A DNA stretch of 64,000 nucleotides from Bdellovibrionales bacterium (GCA_965218815.1 CBDCLX010000002.1:217074-281073); one strand, 5' to 3'. Shown: positions 9,501-17,330, numbered from the stretch's first letter. Program-made: numbers and translations. The notes: generated by a model from the letters alone, not told the origin.

Positions 9501-11650
9501 TTACTAGTCAAAGAGATAACCGTACAGAAAAAGGAAACAACGAATATTCTTTGGAAAACTTGAATGCAAAATATAAAAGAGAACAATTTGAAACTGATGA
9601 TAAGGAAAAAATTCAGGAATGGATTATTGACCAAATTGGTGATGGCACAGATGAGGATTTTAAATTTGGAAAATACAGAAGTTTTATCAATTTAACACAA
9701 GATCAGAAAAAGGCCTTCCGTCATGCTCTTTTTTTGGATGGTCATTCTTTACGTAAAAAAGTCATCAAGGCCATTAACAATCGAACCAGGGCACTGGTTA
9801 ATGGAACCCAACGCTATTTTGCTGAAGCATTGGCAAATACTCTCTACAAAAAAGCCAAATTTATAAAAAAGGAAACCTTATTATCTTTTGATTATTTTGG
9901 TGTTGAAGCACAAGACAATTCACGGGGTGATGGAATCTATAATTTGCGTAAGGAACTTGTGGAATATTATAAACCTGATTTAAAAAGATACAATAAAACA
10001 TCAGAAGAATCTCAGGACTTATATTCACATCTCATAGACGCACAAGTAGCTTTTTGTATGGTTGCAGATGCTCACCGAAAAGAAGGAAGTTTAAAGCTCT
10101 GCCTGACTGATGATGAGGGACTTTGGTCTTGTGTTGACAGGGAGACAGGGGAGATTGTTCCCGAAAAAAATAAAATTTATGATGAAAGATTGTTTAATTT
10201 TATCCAAATAGACAGAAATTCCTTTAAAAAAGAATCTCTAATTCGTAAAAAGCCAAAGCCTAAAAAGAAGAATATTTCCTATCGCCCCTTATTTAATGAG
10301 AATGCTGTTGCCATGCACTTTTTAAAATTAATTCAAATTGATTTTAAAAAACAAAAACAATTCCTCTATCTACAGGGATTTCTTTCCTTGAATGATTTGA
10401 AAGAATGTCTTGAAGATATAGATGATGAGAATATGAATCAATCTCTAAAAGAATATGAAAAATACGCAAAAAGGATTCCAGATAACATCCTGGAAAACAC
10501 AAGAAACCTTTATCTTGATAGATTTAAGACTGTCAAAGAACAAAAAACAGGGATAACTGTGATTGAGGGTTTTGGCAGACAAAAGGCTGACATAAGAATT
10601 TACAGTTTGAATAAAACAACAGTCTATAATTTTTTGATAGAAAAATTTAATTCAAAAAAATCTTTTTTGCCAGATGAAGAAGATTTATCAATTTTAAAAA
10701 TTTTAGAAAAATCCTGGTATTTTACCAAGAAAGAAAACGTACTGAAAAAAAATAAGACAAAAGAAGAAGAGTTTAATAAACAAAACGTAAATAAATTTAA
10801 ATATGCAGGTTTTATCAATCCACAATTGGAATATGAATGGAAAAATCTTGAAAACAGTATCAATGAAAATAATACAGGTAAGACAATATATGAAAAAGTT
10901 GAGAATCATTTTTTGCATAAGAAAGAAAAAGATACAGGAGAATTCGTAAAAAAACATGATCACGAGCATCAAAAAGTAAGAAAAGTCTTTTCCCTGCCCA
11001 TAAGGAGTCAAAAAGGGTTCTTAATTAAAAAGAAAAACTGGAAAAATGAAGATGTTTTTTATTGTCGCCCTGCCAGTAATGATTTTTCACAGACAGTCTT
11101 ACACAAGAATCCATCTGGAAACATACCAGATACAAATAAAGATGAAAGACTGTCTAATATATACAGAAAAAGTAATATTTTTTATATTGCAGATATAACG
11201 AAATTAGAAAAGCAGTTAGAGTCTATAGATTCTGATCTGGCAATTGATCCAAACAAATATTACAATGCTGAAATTTCAGAAAAATTTAAAGATTATATGA
11301 ATAAAATTAAAAACAAAAGAACTGAAGAATCCAGATCCCAATTTAGATTTTATTTAACTTCAAAAAATAAAATGGATTTTGAAACATTTAAGGAATTTAT
11401 CTCATCTTATCCGTTTAGAACATTACAGGATCTAAAGGCTAAATACAGGGAACAGTATATTGATTCTTTACAAAATGAAGAAGATATAGAAGAAAAGATA
11501 AATGAAATTGAACAGATGGAAAATAAACCAAAAAATCTTTTACCCACACTGAAGCAGTTTCATCAGTTCTGGAGAGGTTCGCAGAAAGAAGAAATGTTAG
11601 AATATTCAGCCAAACACAATTTTACTCTTTCTGCCTCTGATGGAAGATAA
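6572..11650 (+). CDS. cas9: Type II-B CRISPR nuclease Cas9 (FnCas9-like), 1692 aa
   Basis: RuvC-I PIAIDLGAKNTGV, Arg-rich bridge helix NRTAKRHQRRGFDRRQ, Zn-site motifs PPKCQS / YCNH / TCPVC, RuvC-II IITESN, HNH DLDHIIPRSH...DEANL...DN...KGN, RuvC-III YSHLIDA. Long blocks are collinear with Francisella novicida Cas9 as I recall it. TTG start with AAGGA SD. Confidence 0.97.
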   Translation: MSQSDKTIISPIAIDLGAKNTGVYFAHYKAGSPLKEIEKEGKVYQLEKNKYTLLMVNRTAKRHQRRGFDRRQMAKRLFKLIWEKHFGFKWDKDVQQTISFLMNRRGFTFLTEQYDTEILSRFPKEVHDLLPDEIKKKVQEYEENDAYNFDSALKDWAKKDEVKSILKALKIRENSEETELKKLILDFKTESFKLENKNFKTPEQPEENAQNEEKKDYKKDVFKWKQLHLQHLVFAIYKTHDELESGGRHRSKYFKEVEDVLNCDNHNHGYLRRFCKKLDSQNFNFKGSIIEVKTLSHLISHISNLELKPLRKYFNDEKHKKDDYWHENRLRKIFERWILHQWRVDPEKNKDKAEDKDGDYRKLCEDWKSHEGELVDFWLKTNPLFTIPPYQNNNNRRPPKCQSLILNVKFLNRIYPKWRDWLEELKKLDSIKFYLGLIENQELLQKEEEQKTNTTKKDQYYKYEKELKEPKSGKGKSYFNDEEDSSLKSKNKRRTNFSQRDQTDLETRTLQFIFDRVKDNDLLKLNEIYSHAKKIKQLKRDWKVSQQFAQIYDEDTRKAKEELDKVRTTLEETLEESKLSENLKIGYNFNNDGLFPDGSFLHLICKYYKLRKRAKEGRLFIHPEYRYKGKSRGYENTGRFDDKNHLLTYCNHKPRQKRYQMFWDLAGLFQVSSKTLKEFIEEKDGNTTDEKLFNWLKDFNGLKSNCEKAAKEQKDRRGSLKSDIQSVFNLISYKKKRSSHDKELKDSEIKIILENSKVKEAFKLYKFCNKAKRLALQITENLYDSCSRQKKWKESLDKNPATAVFFLAQINNLVFKERNGNAKTCPVCSADNAHRMQQDEKETSTKAQRLSAISTRIIDGAVMKMARIVSGAIANDKWEKIKGELGKGNKVCIPIITESNRFEFEPNLKDLKGKKSNRNDKTSENIFSEKKDRIRQAGNGISPYSGDPVGDQGDLDHIIPRSHRIWGTLNDEANLIFTSQRDNRTEKGNNEYSLENLNAKYKREQFETDDKEKIQEWIIDQIGDGTDEDFKFGKYRSFINLTQDQKKAFRHALFLDGHSLRKKVIKAINNRTRALVNGTQRYFAEALANTLYKKAKFIKKETLLSFDYFGVEAQDNSRGDGIYNLRKELVEYYKPDLKRYNKTSEESQDLYSHLIDAQVAFCMVADAHRKEGSLKLCLTDDEGLWSCVDRETGEIVPEKNKIYDERLFNFIQIDRNSFKKESLIRKKPKPKKKNISYRPLFNENAVAMHFLKLIQIDFKKQKQFLYLQGFLSLNDLKECLEDIDDENMNQSLKEYEKYAKRIPDNILENTRNLYLDRFKTVKEQKTGITVIEGFGRQKADIRIYSLNKTTVYNFLIEKFNSKKSFLPDEEDLSILKILEKSWYFTKKENVLKKNKTKEEEFNKQNVNKFKYAGFINPQLEYEWKNLENSINENNTGKTIYEKVENHFLHKKEKDTGEFVKKHDHEHQKVRKVFSLPIRSQKGFLIKKKNWKNEDVFYCRPASNDFSQTVLHKNPSGNIPDTNKDERLSNIYRKSNIFYIADITKLEKQLESIDSDLAIDPNKYYNAEISEKFKDYMNKIKNKRTEESRSQFRFYLTSKNKMDFETFKEFISSYPFRTLQDLKAKYREQYIDSLQNEEDIEEKINEIEQMENKPKNLLPTLKQFHQFWRGSQKEEMLEYSAKHNFTLSASDGR

Positions 11651-11680
11651 CTTATATGAAATAATTCAAAAGGTTTATTT

Positions 11681-11920
11681 ATGAGTCCGACAATATTTAA
11701 ATCAAATGGATACCGGTTTTTCTTTTTCTCAAGAGAGGAGACAAGAAAACATGTTCATATCTTTTCAACAGATGGTGAATCAAAATTTTGGTTGGAACCG
11801 GAGATTGAACTTGCAAAAAATTACCATCATTCAGAAAAAAAACTTAGGAAAATTAAAAAATTGATAAAGGAGCATTATGATGAACTCATCAACGCCTGGG
11901 AAAAGCATTTCGGAAATTGA
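11681..11920 (+). CDS. DUF4160-family protein (predicted toxin of a DUF4160/DUF2442 TA pair)
   Basis: MSPTIF..NGYRFFFFSREE.R.HVH...GESKFWLEPEIELAKNY...AWEKHF is the characteristic DUF4160 pattern. Confidence 0.85.
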   Translation: MSPTIFKSNGYRFFFFSREETRKHVHIFSTDGESKFWLEPEIELAKNYHHSEKKLRKIKKLIKEHYDELINAWEKHFGN

Positions 11921-12146
11921 AGTGACGAATATCTCTTCACATGGTTTATGGTTGTACGTCCATGATGAAGAGCTTTTTATGTCCTATGAGGATTTTCCAT
12001 GGTTTAAAGGAAAAACCCTTGAGGCTGTTCTGAATGTTGAGGAAGTCTCTCTGGGGCACTATTACTGGCCAAAAATTGACATTGATTTGACCAAAGAGAT
12101 CATTCAAAATCCTGACAAATTTCCACTCAGGTCAAAAGTGAAATAG
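11877..12146 (+). CDS. DUF2442-family protein (predicted antitoxin partner)
   Basis: EVTNISSHGLWL....EELFMSYEDFPWF...VLNVEEV..GHYYWP.IDIDL is the DUF2442 pattern. It overlaps the upstream gene, and its TAG overlaps the cas1 GTG by 1 nt. Confidence 0.85.
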   Translation: MMNSSTPGKSISEIEVTNISSHGLWLYVHDEELFMSYEDFPWFKGKTLEAVLNVEEVSLGHYYWPKIDIDLTKEIIQNPDKFPLRSKVK

Positions 12147-13102
12147 TGAAACATTTAACCATTAGTGAATACGGAAGTTTTTTGGGTCTTGAGGTCAATC
12201 GCCTCCTGGTGAAAAAGGGAGAGGAAAAACGTCATTACCCACTCAATAGGTTATCAACCATCAGTATTGCAAAAAAAGGAGTCAGTCTTTCCAGTGATCT
12301 CATTGAGGCCCTCAGTGCCCGTGGGATTAAGCTGTTCTTTCTTGATTTTCGTGGAGTGACTCATTCAGCCCTTTTGGGACAATCCCAACATGGAGTGGTG
12401 GCTGTAAGGTTGGCACAACAGACCTTCTGTCAATCCGGTGATCTTAATGTTGCTGTCCAAATTATCCTTGGAAAAATTAAAAACCAAAGAGCTGTCCTGA
12501 ATTCTCTTTATAAATATCACCGCCATATATCACTCTCTCGTGTGTCTGAAGAACTCCTTTCAAATACAAAAAAAATAAGAGAAGTAAAAAACATTGAGAC
12601 TCTGTTGGGTCTGGAGGGAGCCAGTGCCTCTGCTTATTTCCAGGCGTTGCGTGAGGCTCAACTTTTTTCTTCAACTTTTGTCCGCAGGGAAGGGCGTGGT
12701 AGCCAGGAAATTAACAACTCCATGCTTAACCTTGGTTATGCCGTATTAAGCAGTTATGTCCTTAATTCCATTGTCAATGCAGGATTGGAACCCTACCTTG
12801 GAATACTACATAGTAAACGTCCAGGGAAAATGGCACTTGTCCTGGATTTAATGGAAGAGTATCGAGCCTGGGTTGTTGATAGGGCTGTGATTAAACTCCG
12901 TCAGCAGAGTGAGGGGAAAAACTGTCTGGATCAGAAACTTAAAAAAACATTCATCAAAGAAATCCAAACAACCTGTTCTAAAAAATATCCTTATCGTAAA
13001 AAGAAGCTCAAACTGGAACACATTATCCAACGTCAGGTGTACCGTCTTTGTGGTCATTTTTATAATGAAAAATGTTATAAACCTTACCTGTTTAAATGGT
13101 GA
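12146..13102 (+). CDS. cas1: CRISPR-associated integrase Cas1
   Basis: LLGLEGASASAYF, NSMLNLGYAVL, GLEPYLGILH, LVLDLMEEYR Cas1 motifs. Confidence 0.95.
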   Translation: MKHLTISEYGSFLGLEVNRLLVKKGEEKRHYPLNRLSTISIAKKGVSLSSDLIEALSARGIKLFFLDFRGVTHSALLGQSQHGVVAVRLAQQTFCQSGDLNVAVQIILGKIKNQRAVLNSLYKYHRHISLSRVSEELLSNTKKIREVKNIETLLGLEGASASAYFQALREAQLFSSTFVRREGRGSQEINNSMLNLGYAVLSSYVLNSIVNAGLEPYLGILHSKRPGKMALVLDLMEEYRAWVVDRAVIKLRQQSEGKNCLDQKLKKTFIKEIQTTCSKKYPYRKKKLKLEHIIQRQVYRLCGHFYNEKCYKPYLFKW

Positions 13103-13402
13103 ATGATGAATAAATTAAGGCAGGAATATTTAATTAGCTATGATATTGAAGACAATAAAATACGCACCCAATTGTATAAAGAACTTGTAGGATATGGGTT
13201 GCGTTCTGTTCAAAAGTCAGTGTTTTGGGGATATTTAAGTATTGCTGAATTACATTCTATCCAAAGAGATTTTCAAAGGCACCTTGATTCTCCTGACAAG
13301 GCTTTTATTACCCGTAGCAACTTCAATGGCAGAGGGCAGAGTTACTTTATTGGTCATTGTGAAAAAGATTTTAAGGATTGGGAGGAAAGTGATGTCATCT
13401 AG
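13103..13402 (+). CDS. cas2: CRISPR-associated Cas2
   Basis: YLISYDIED....LYKELVGYGLRSVQKSVFWG, 99 aa, directly after cas1. Confidence 0.95.
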   Translation: MMNKLRQEYLISYDIEDNKIRTQLYKELVGYGLRSVQKSVFWGYLSIAELHSIQRDFQRHLDSPDKAFITRSNFNGRGQSYFIGHCEKDFKDWEESDVI

Positions 13403-13970
13403 CATTCCCGTTAATCTTATTCGTCAATGGTCTTATTGCCCAAGAGTTGTTTACTATCAGGAGATGACAGAATTATCCAGGGTTGTCCACCCCTCTTGGG
13501 TAAAACAGGGTGAAATTTTTCATGAGGAAGAGAGTTTGCTTTGGCAAAGACGCAACTTATCCCGATTCAATCTAAAAGAGGGAAAAAAATACCATAACCT
13601 CTCCATACAAAGTCCCAATCTGGGACTCCATGGCATTGCCGATATGGTTATCGAAACAGATGATACTGTTTATGCTGTTGAGTTTAAATTATCCACCAAT
13701 AATAAAAAAAGAGGTGATGTATTACAACTGGTGGCATACGCCATGCTGATACAGCAATATTTTGAAAAACCAAGTCCCATGGGCTTTTTGATTGGAAAAA
13801 ATAAAATATTGCATCAAATTGTTATCGACCAGGAAAAATGCGAACAAGTCAAAATAATAGTCAGGGAAATTCGGATCATGATGGAAAAAGGTCAAAAGCC
13901 AGAGTCCAGTGCTTTTCTCACCCAATGCAGTGCTTGTGAGTATGTCAACTTTTGCAATGACAGACTTTGA
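13392..13970 (+). CDS. cas4: CRISPR-associated exonuclease Cas4
   Basis: Cys pattern QWSYCPR ... QCSACEYVNFC with the GIADMV / AVEFK / QLVAYA RecB-like motifs. The start is placed at ATG 13392 (GGAGG at 13381) rather than the track start of 13242. Confidence 0.93.
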   Translation: MSSSIPVNLIRQWSYCPRVVYYQEMTELSRVVHPSWVKQGEIFHEEESLLWQRRNLSRFNLKEGKKYHNLSIQSPNLGLHGIADMVIETDDTVYAVEFKLSTNNKKRGDVLQLVAYAMLIQQYFEKPSPMGFLIGKNKILHQIVIDQEKCEQVKIIVREIRIMMEKGQKPESSAFLTQCSACEYVNFCNDRL

Positions 13971-13982
13971 ATTTTGTTCTGG

Positions 13983-14018
13983 GTACAAAAAAACCGCATA
14001 AATGCGGTCTTTTTGTAC
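13983..14018. terminator. Bidirectional intrinsic terminator (cas4 on +, tracrRNA on -)
   Basis: gtacaaaaaaaccgcat-aa-atgcggtctttttgtac: a GC stem with A and T tracts on both sides. Confidence 0.8.
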
Positions 14019-14110
14019 TCTCTAAAAGAGAGTCAGACGTGATAATCAGAGGTCCGTTCATAATACTTTTTGATGATTACAGGTCATCAATAATGGGTTA
14101 TACTGAACTA
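13988..14110 (-). ncRNA. tracrRNA
   Basis: The minus-strand 5' part ucaguauaacccauuau (14090-14106) is a perfect 17-nt complement of the crRNA repeat. The following cuguaaucaucaaaaaguauuaugaacggaccucugauuaucacgucug closely resembles the F. novicida tracrRNA scaffold as I recall it. It ends in the terminator hairpin. Confidence 0.9.
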
Positions 14111-14112
14111 TG

Positions 14113-14141
14113 ATTTTACAATATGAACTGTATTTTGTCCA
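14113..14141 (-). promoter_or_regulatory. Sigma70-like promoter of tracrRNA
   Basis: Minus strand TGGACA-N17-TAAAAT, ending a few nt upstream of the anti-repeat. Confidence 0.65.
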
Positions 14142-14254
14142 TATTTTTCAACTTTTTTCGCAAAAAATGCCATGTTTTTAACAATCAGCAAACTTGCGAA
14201 AAAATATTTTCAAAGCCTCCTGCAATTACCTGATTTAACAGGATAATTGCAGGA

Positions 14255-14941
14255 CTTCCATCAGTATAACCCATTATCCAGACACTGAAACTCGGTTTTA
14301 TTTCGCAGACTTGCCGAGATTGAAGAACTTCCATCAGTATAACCCATTATCCAGACACTGAAACATGGCTAAACTTAGTTGTATGTTAATAAAACGTACC
14401 TTCCATCAGTATAACCCATTATCCAGACACTGAAACTTGTTTTGGGGAAAAACTGCTTATGCACGGAAATTACTTCCATCAGTATAACCCATTATCCAGA
14501 CACTGAAACAACAAAAGACAGATTTCCATTATTTCAAACTTATACTTCCATCAGTATAACCCATTATCCAGACACTGAAACTATGTTAATTGTCAAACAC
14601 TCAGAAAACCCTCCCACTTCCATCAGTATAACCCATTATCCAGACACTGAAACCATATTTCTGTGTCAGCTAAAGTTTTAGCCAATCTTCCATCAGTATA
14701 ACCCATTATCCAGACACTGAAACAGCAAAAGACAGATTTCCATGGTTTCAAACTTATAAACTTCCATCAGTATAACCCATTATCCAGACACTGAAACTTT
14801 AGCACATTTGCTTGAAAAAAAAGATTATTTCACTTCCATCAGTATAACCCATTATCCAGACACTGAAACAGCTCCATTTGTTCGCTTGTAGACAATCCTT
14901 CCACCTTCCATCAGTATAACCCATTATCCAGACACTGAAAC
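14255..14941 (-). CRISPR. Type II-B CRISPR array: 10 identical 37-nt repeats, 9 spacers of 33-37 nt
   Basis: Repeat GTTTCAGTGTCTGGATAATGGGTTATACTGATGGAAG (minus strand) starts on + at 14255, 14328, 14400, 14473, 14545, 14617, 14687, 14761, 14833 and 14905. The GTTTCAG start resembles the Francisella II-B repeat. Orientation is inferred from tracrRNA pairing. Confidence 0.98.
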
Positions 14942-15462
14942 TACCTGGTGCTGTTCGAAAAAACAATGTGCCTTTTCTTCCATCTCATCGTTAGGGGACA
15001 GAGGGTTTTCCCTTATTTTTTCAAGACTCTTTGTTTTGAAGGATATTTCCACGGAATCCCGGTCTGTTGCATCAGGATTAACAATATTAAAACTGATCTT
15101 CCTAAGAGGACCCTGATCATTTGCATCTCTAACATAAATGACTGTAGTCTCGTTGTCAGGGGAATTTGTAATTCTCATTTTAACCTTGTTCTCACTCTCA
15201 AATTTACGTTTTTGACCGAGTGGCGGATTAGGCGTAAAAAAAGAAATTAAACAATCAAAATACTTTACAGATCTAGTATTCTCTGCCGCTATTGATCGTG
15301 TTTCCTGGTTATAATATCTGACCTTTGGACTTTTGGATCCTTGGGTGAACTGCTGAAATGTAAGGTTATTTTTAGATGGCATTGAAGAGCAGGCTCCAAG
15401 GATCGAAACCAGAATTAAAGAGACAAATGAAAAGCCACTGTTTTTACAAATCCAGTGGTCAT
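14924..15462 (-). CDS. Putative lipoprotein whose 3' end reads into the CRISPR array (probable 1-nt frameshift near 15418)
   Basis: Lipobox ILGAC. ATG at 15462 gives MTTGFVKTVAFHLSL, which joins ILVSILGAC with one indel. The stop TAA lies inside repeat 10. Confidence 0.55.
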
Positions 15463-15470
15463 AATAAGGT

Positions 15471-15827
15471 AAAATCTTTTCATAATCGCTCCTCTGGACT
15501 CTCAGAAAACAGGGCAAGTCAGTGAGACTTGCCCGGGTTCAAGGTGATACTCCTACTGGTTGGGGATTCCCAACTCAACTCCCCTTTAAAAGGGCTGCTG
15601 CTGGATCTATCCACCAGCACCATACAGATGTGTGGTTTATTGAAACAATCCAATGACTTTTCTGACCATATTTTCAAGTGCTGCGATATCGTCCGCAGAT
15701 TCACCAAGAGATGTTACAGCAGTCATACTTTTTGTTGTAGGATCAATACTATAATTCATTTGTCCCAGGGATGCACCCTCTCCTGTAGAACTTAACTTGT
15801 CTGCACGGAGATAGGAGGAACCACTAG
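15471..15827. repeat. 357-bp direct repeat, copy A (3' end of the 18687-19643 gene)
   Basis: Same sequence as 18518-18874 apart from 3 substitutions I could see. It ends at CTAG, where IS1380 begins. Confidence 0.9.
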
Positions 15828-17147
15828 CCCGAACTTCTCATAAAGTTTGATTGAAGTCCTGTTTTTCTGAAATTTTAGTGGAATTTTCAGTCATTCCCAT
15901 TTTCCATAATGGTTGTTGAATAAAATTCTTCATTTTTTAACCAGTAGCAAGTCTTTGAAGAGATTTTTCAATGAAATTGATAAATTTTAACAACTTCCAG
16001 ACAAAACTCTGCCTGAACTCTCATGGAATCTAAAAATATTGCTTGATTTAAAGAAAATAAAAACTATCCGTAGCAAGCCTTTAAATTTATCATAATCCTG
16101 CGAAATAAATCCATAAAGGGATAGCCCGATGACATCTGAATATAAACCCTGCGAACACTCACCTTTACCAAAGCTCCTATCTTAAAAAGTTTCAACCTGA
16201 TTGTGGAACATTGAGCCTTGGCAAGGGCTGTACCCTTTAAGGCTTTCCTTCTCAACTCACTTATGAGAACATACGACACACTGGAAAGCCAAAGCCTGAG
16301 TTGATTGGATGTAAAATCATGAGTGCTCGTTCGGTCGGCAAACAAACATAACTGCTGCCCCTTGATCCTGTTCTCCATATCTCCACGGGCACAATAAAGC
16401 TCCTCATACAATGACTTGCCCTCATACTCCTGTTTGCAAAGGAAGATAACAATAGTTCCCATAATATCCATGGAAAAATCGATCCTCCTGATCCCCATGA
16501 AGAGGATCATCGGTGGCATCAAAATCAAGCCCAATCTCCTTGGGGGCTTTATCATGGGAATTTAAGAAAGTGGTTGCAAAAAACTCCTCCACCTTATCGG
16601 GATGACAAACAATCTTCTTGTATCCCTTGACTGTATGGGCTTCATGGGAACCCAACTCCAAACGATTTAATGTGCTTTTCCCTGCCAGGGCCGCTCCCCT
16701 GTCTGACTCTTTTGGACGATCCAATCCCATGGGGTCTGTCTTTCCAACCAGAGTGTGGTGCCAACAAAGGGTCTTTTCTTAAAACTTCATGATCGTTAAG
16801 GTCCTCATAACCAAGGCAAATTCCATAGACTCTCTGTGCAAGAAGATTTTTTAGAGGGTGTTCCACATATCTTTGATCCCTGTGGTCGGTGAAACAATCT
16901 GAAAAGCTTTGAAGAATTCCTCGCTTCTTATCAACTTCTGCCAAAAGCAGGGAACCGGCATCCGAGGTCACATGGCCTGCTGAAAAATCAGCAACCACCT
17001 TGCGTTGTCCCAAACCTTGAAATTCAATCTGTTTTGTAAAACACTCTGTATTCATGGGGAGTCCTTTCGTTTTTTTGTAATACCTCAATTTTATTGAGGA
17101 AATAATGAAAGTCACTCCCTTTTTCTATTTCTTGTGAGAAATTCGGG
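15828..17147 (-). mobile_element. IS1380-family insertion sequence, internally deleted (1320 bp)
   Basis: TIRs cccgaacttctcataa and (reverse complement) cccgaatttctcacaa (14/16). CTAG lies on both sides (15824-15827, 17148-17151). Confidence 0.85.
16064..17055 (-). pseudogene. IS1380 transposase, frameshifted and internally deleted
   Basis: Fragments TSDAGSLLL, GYEDLNDH, AGKSTLNRLE, LDFDATDDPLHG.QE.RFFHGYYG.YCYLP, then a jump directly to YCARGDMENRIK..NQLRL. Confidence 0.9.
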
Positions 17148-17275
17148 CTAGGACCATGCCAGTCTTTCAGAATGAGTTATTGTCAAAAAAAGAACAAAAA
17201 AGGATGTTTTATGGATATGGACATCCTCACTTTTTGTCAAGCACCTCTATTTTCGATTTCAGTTCAAAATAACCA

Positions 17276-17330
17276 TATAATGAATGAAGTTGCACTTTTT
17301 TCAACAAAAAGTGCAACTTCATTCATTATA
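17276..17330. promoter_or_regulatory. Perfect 25-bp inverted repeat: putative AbiEi autoregulatory operator
   Basis: tataatgaatgaagttgcacttttt-tcaac-aaaaagtgcaacttcattcattata immediately upstream of abiEi. AbiE operons are known to be autorepressed through a long promoter inverted repeat. Confidence 0.75.

Noticed and set aside
6572-11650. Alternative call as Cas12/type V or II-A/II-C
   Set aside because: The split RuvC with an HNH insertion, cas4 without csn2, and Fn-type repeat and tracrRNA all indicate II-B.
13242-13391. Track's extended Cas4 N-terminus
   Set aside because: It overlaps most of cas2. The SD and Cas4 homology start at 13389/13392.
14110-14254. Separate scaRNA or long tracr-L guide
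   Set aside because: No degenerate full repeat or seed match to the cas9 promoter is visible, and the tracr promoter sits right at the anti-repeat.
14442-14681. 79-aa ORF with repeated TSISITHYPDTET
   Set aside because: It is a translation of the CRISPR repeats, not a protein.
14292-14976. Self-targeting spacers
   Set aside because: I found no match to any spacer elsewhere in the window by eye. This is not exhaustive and needs BLAST against the genome.
15519-15795. ORFs 15519-15707, 15529-15795 and their copies near 18570-18840
   Set aside because: They are shadow frames over the duplicated 3' end of the 318-aa gene.
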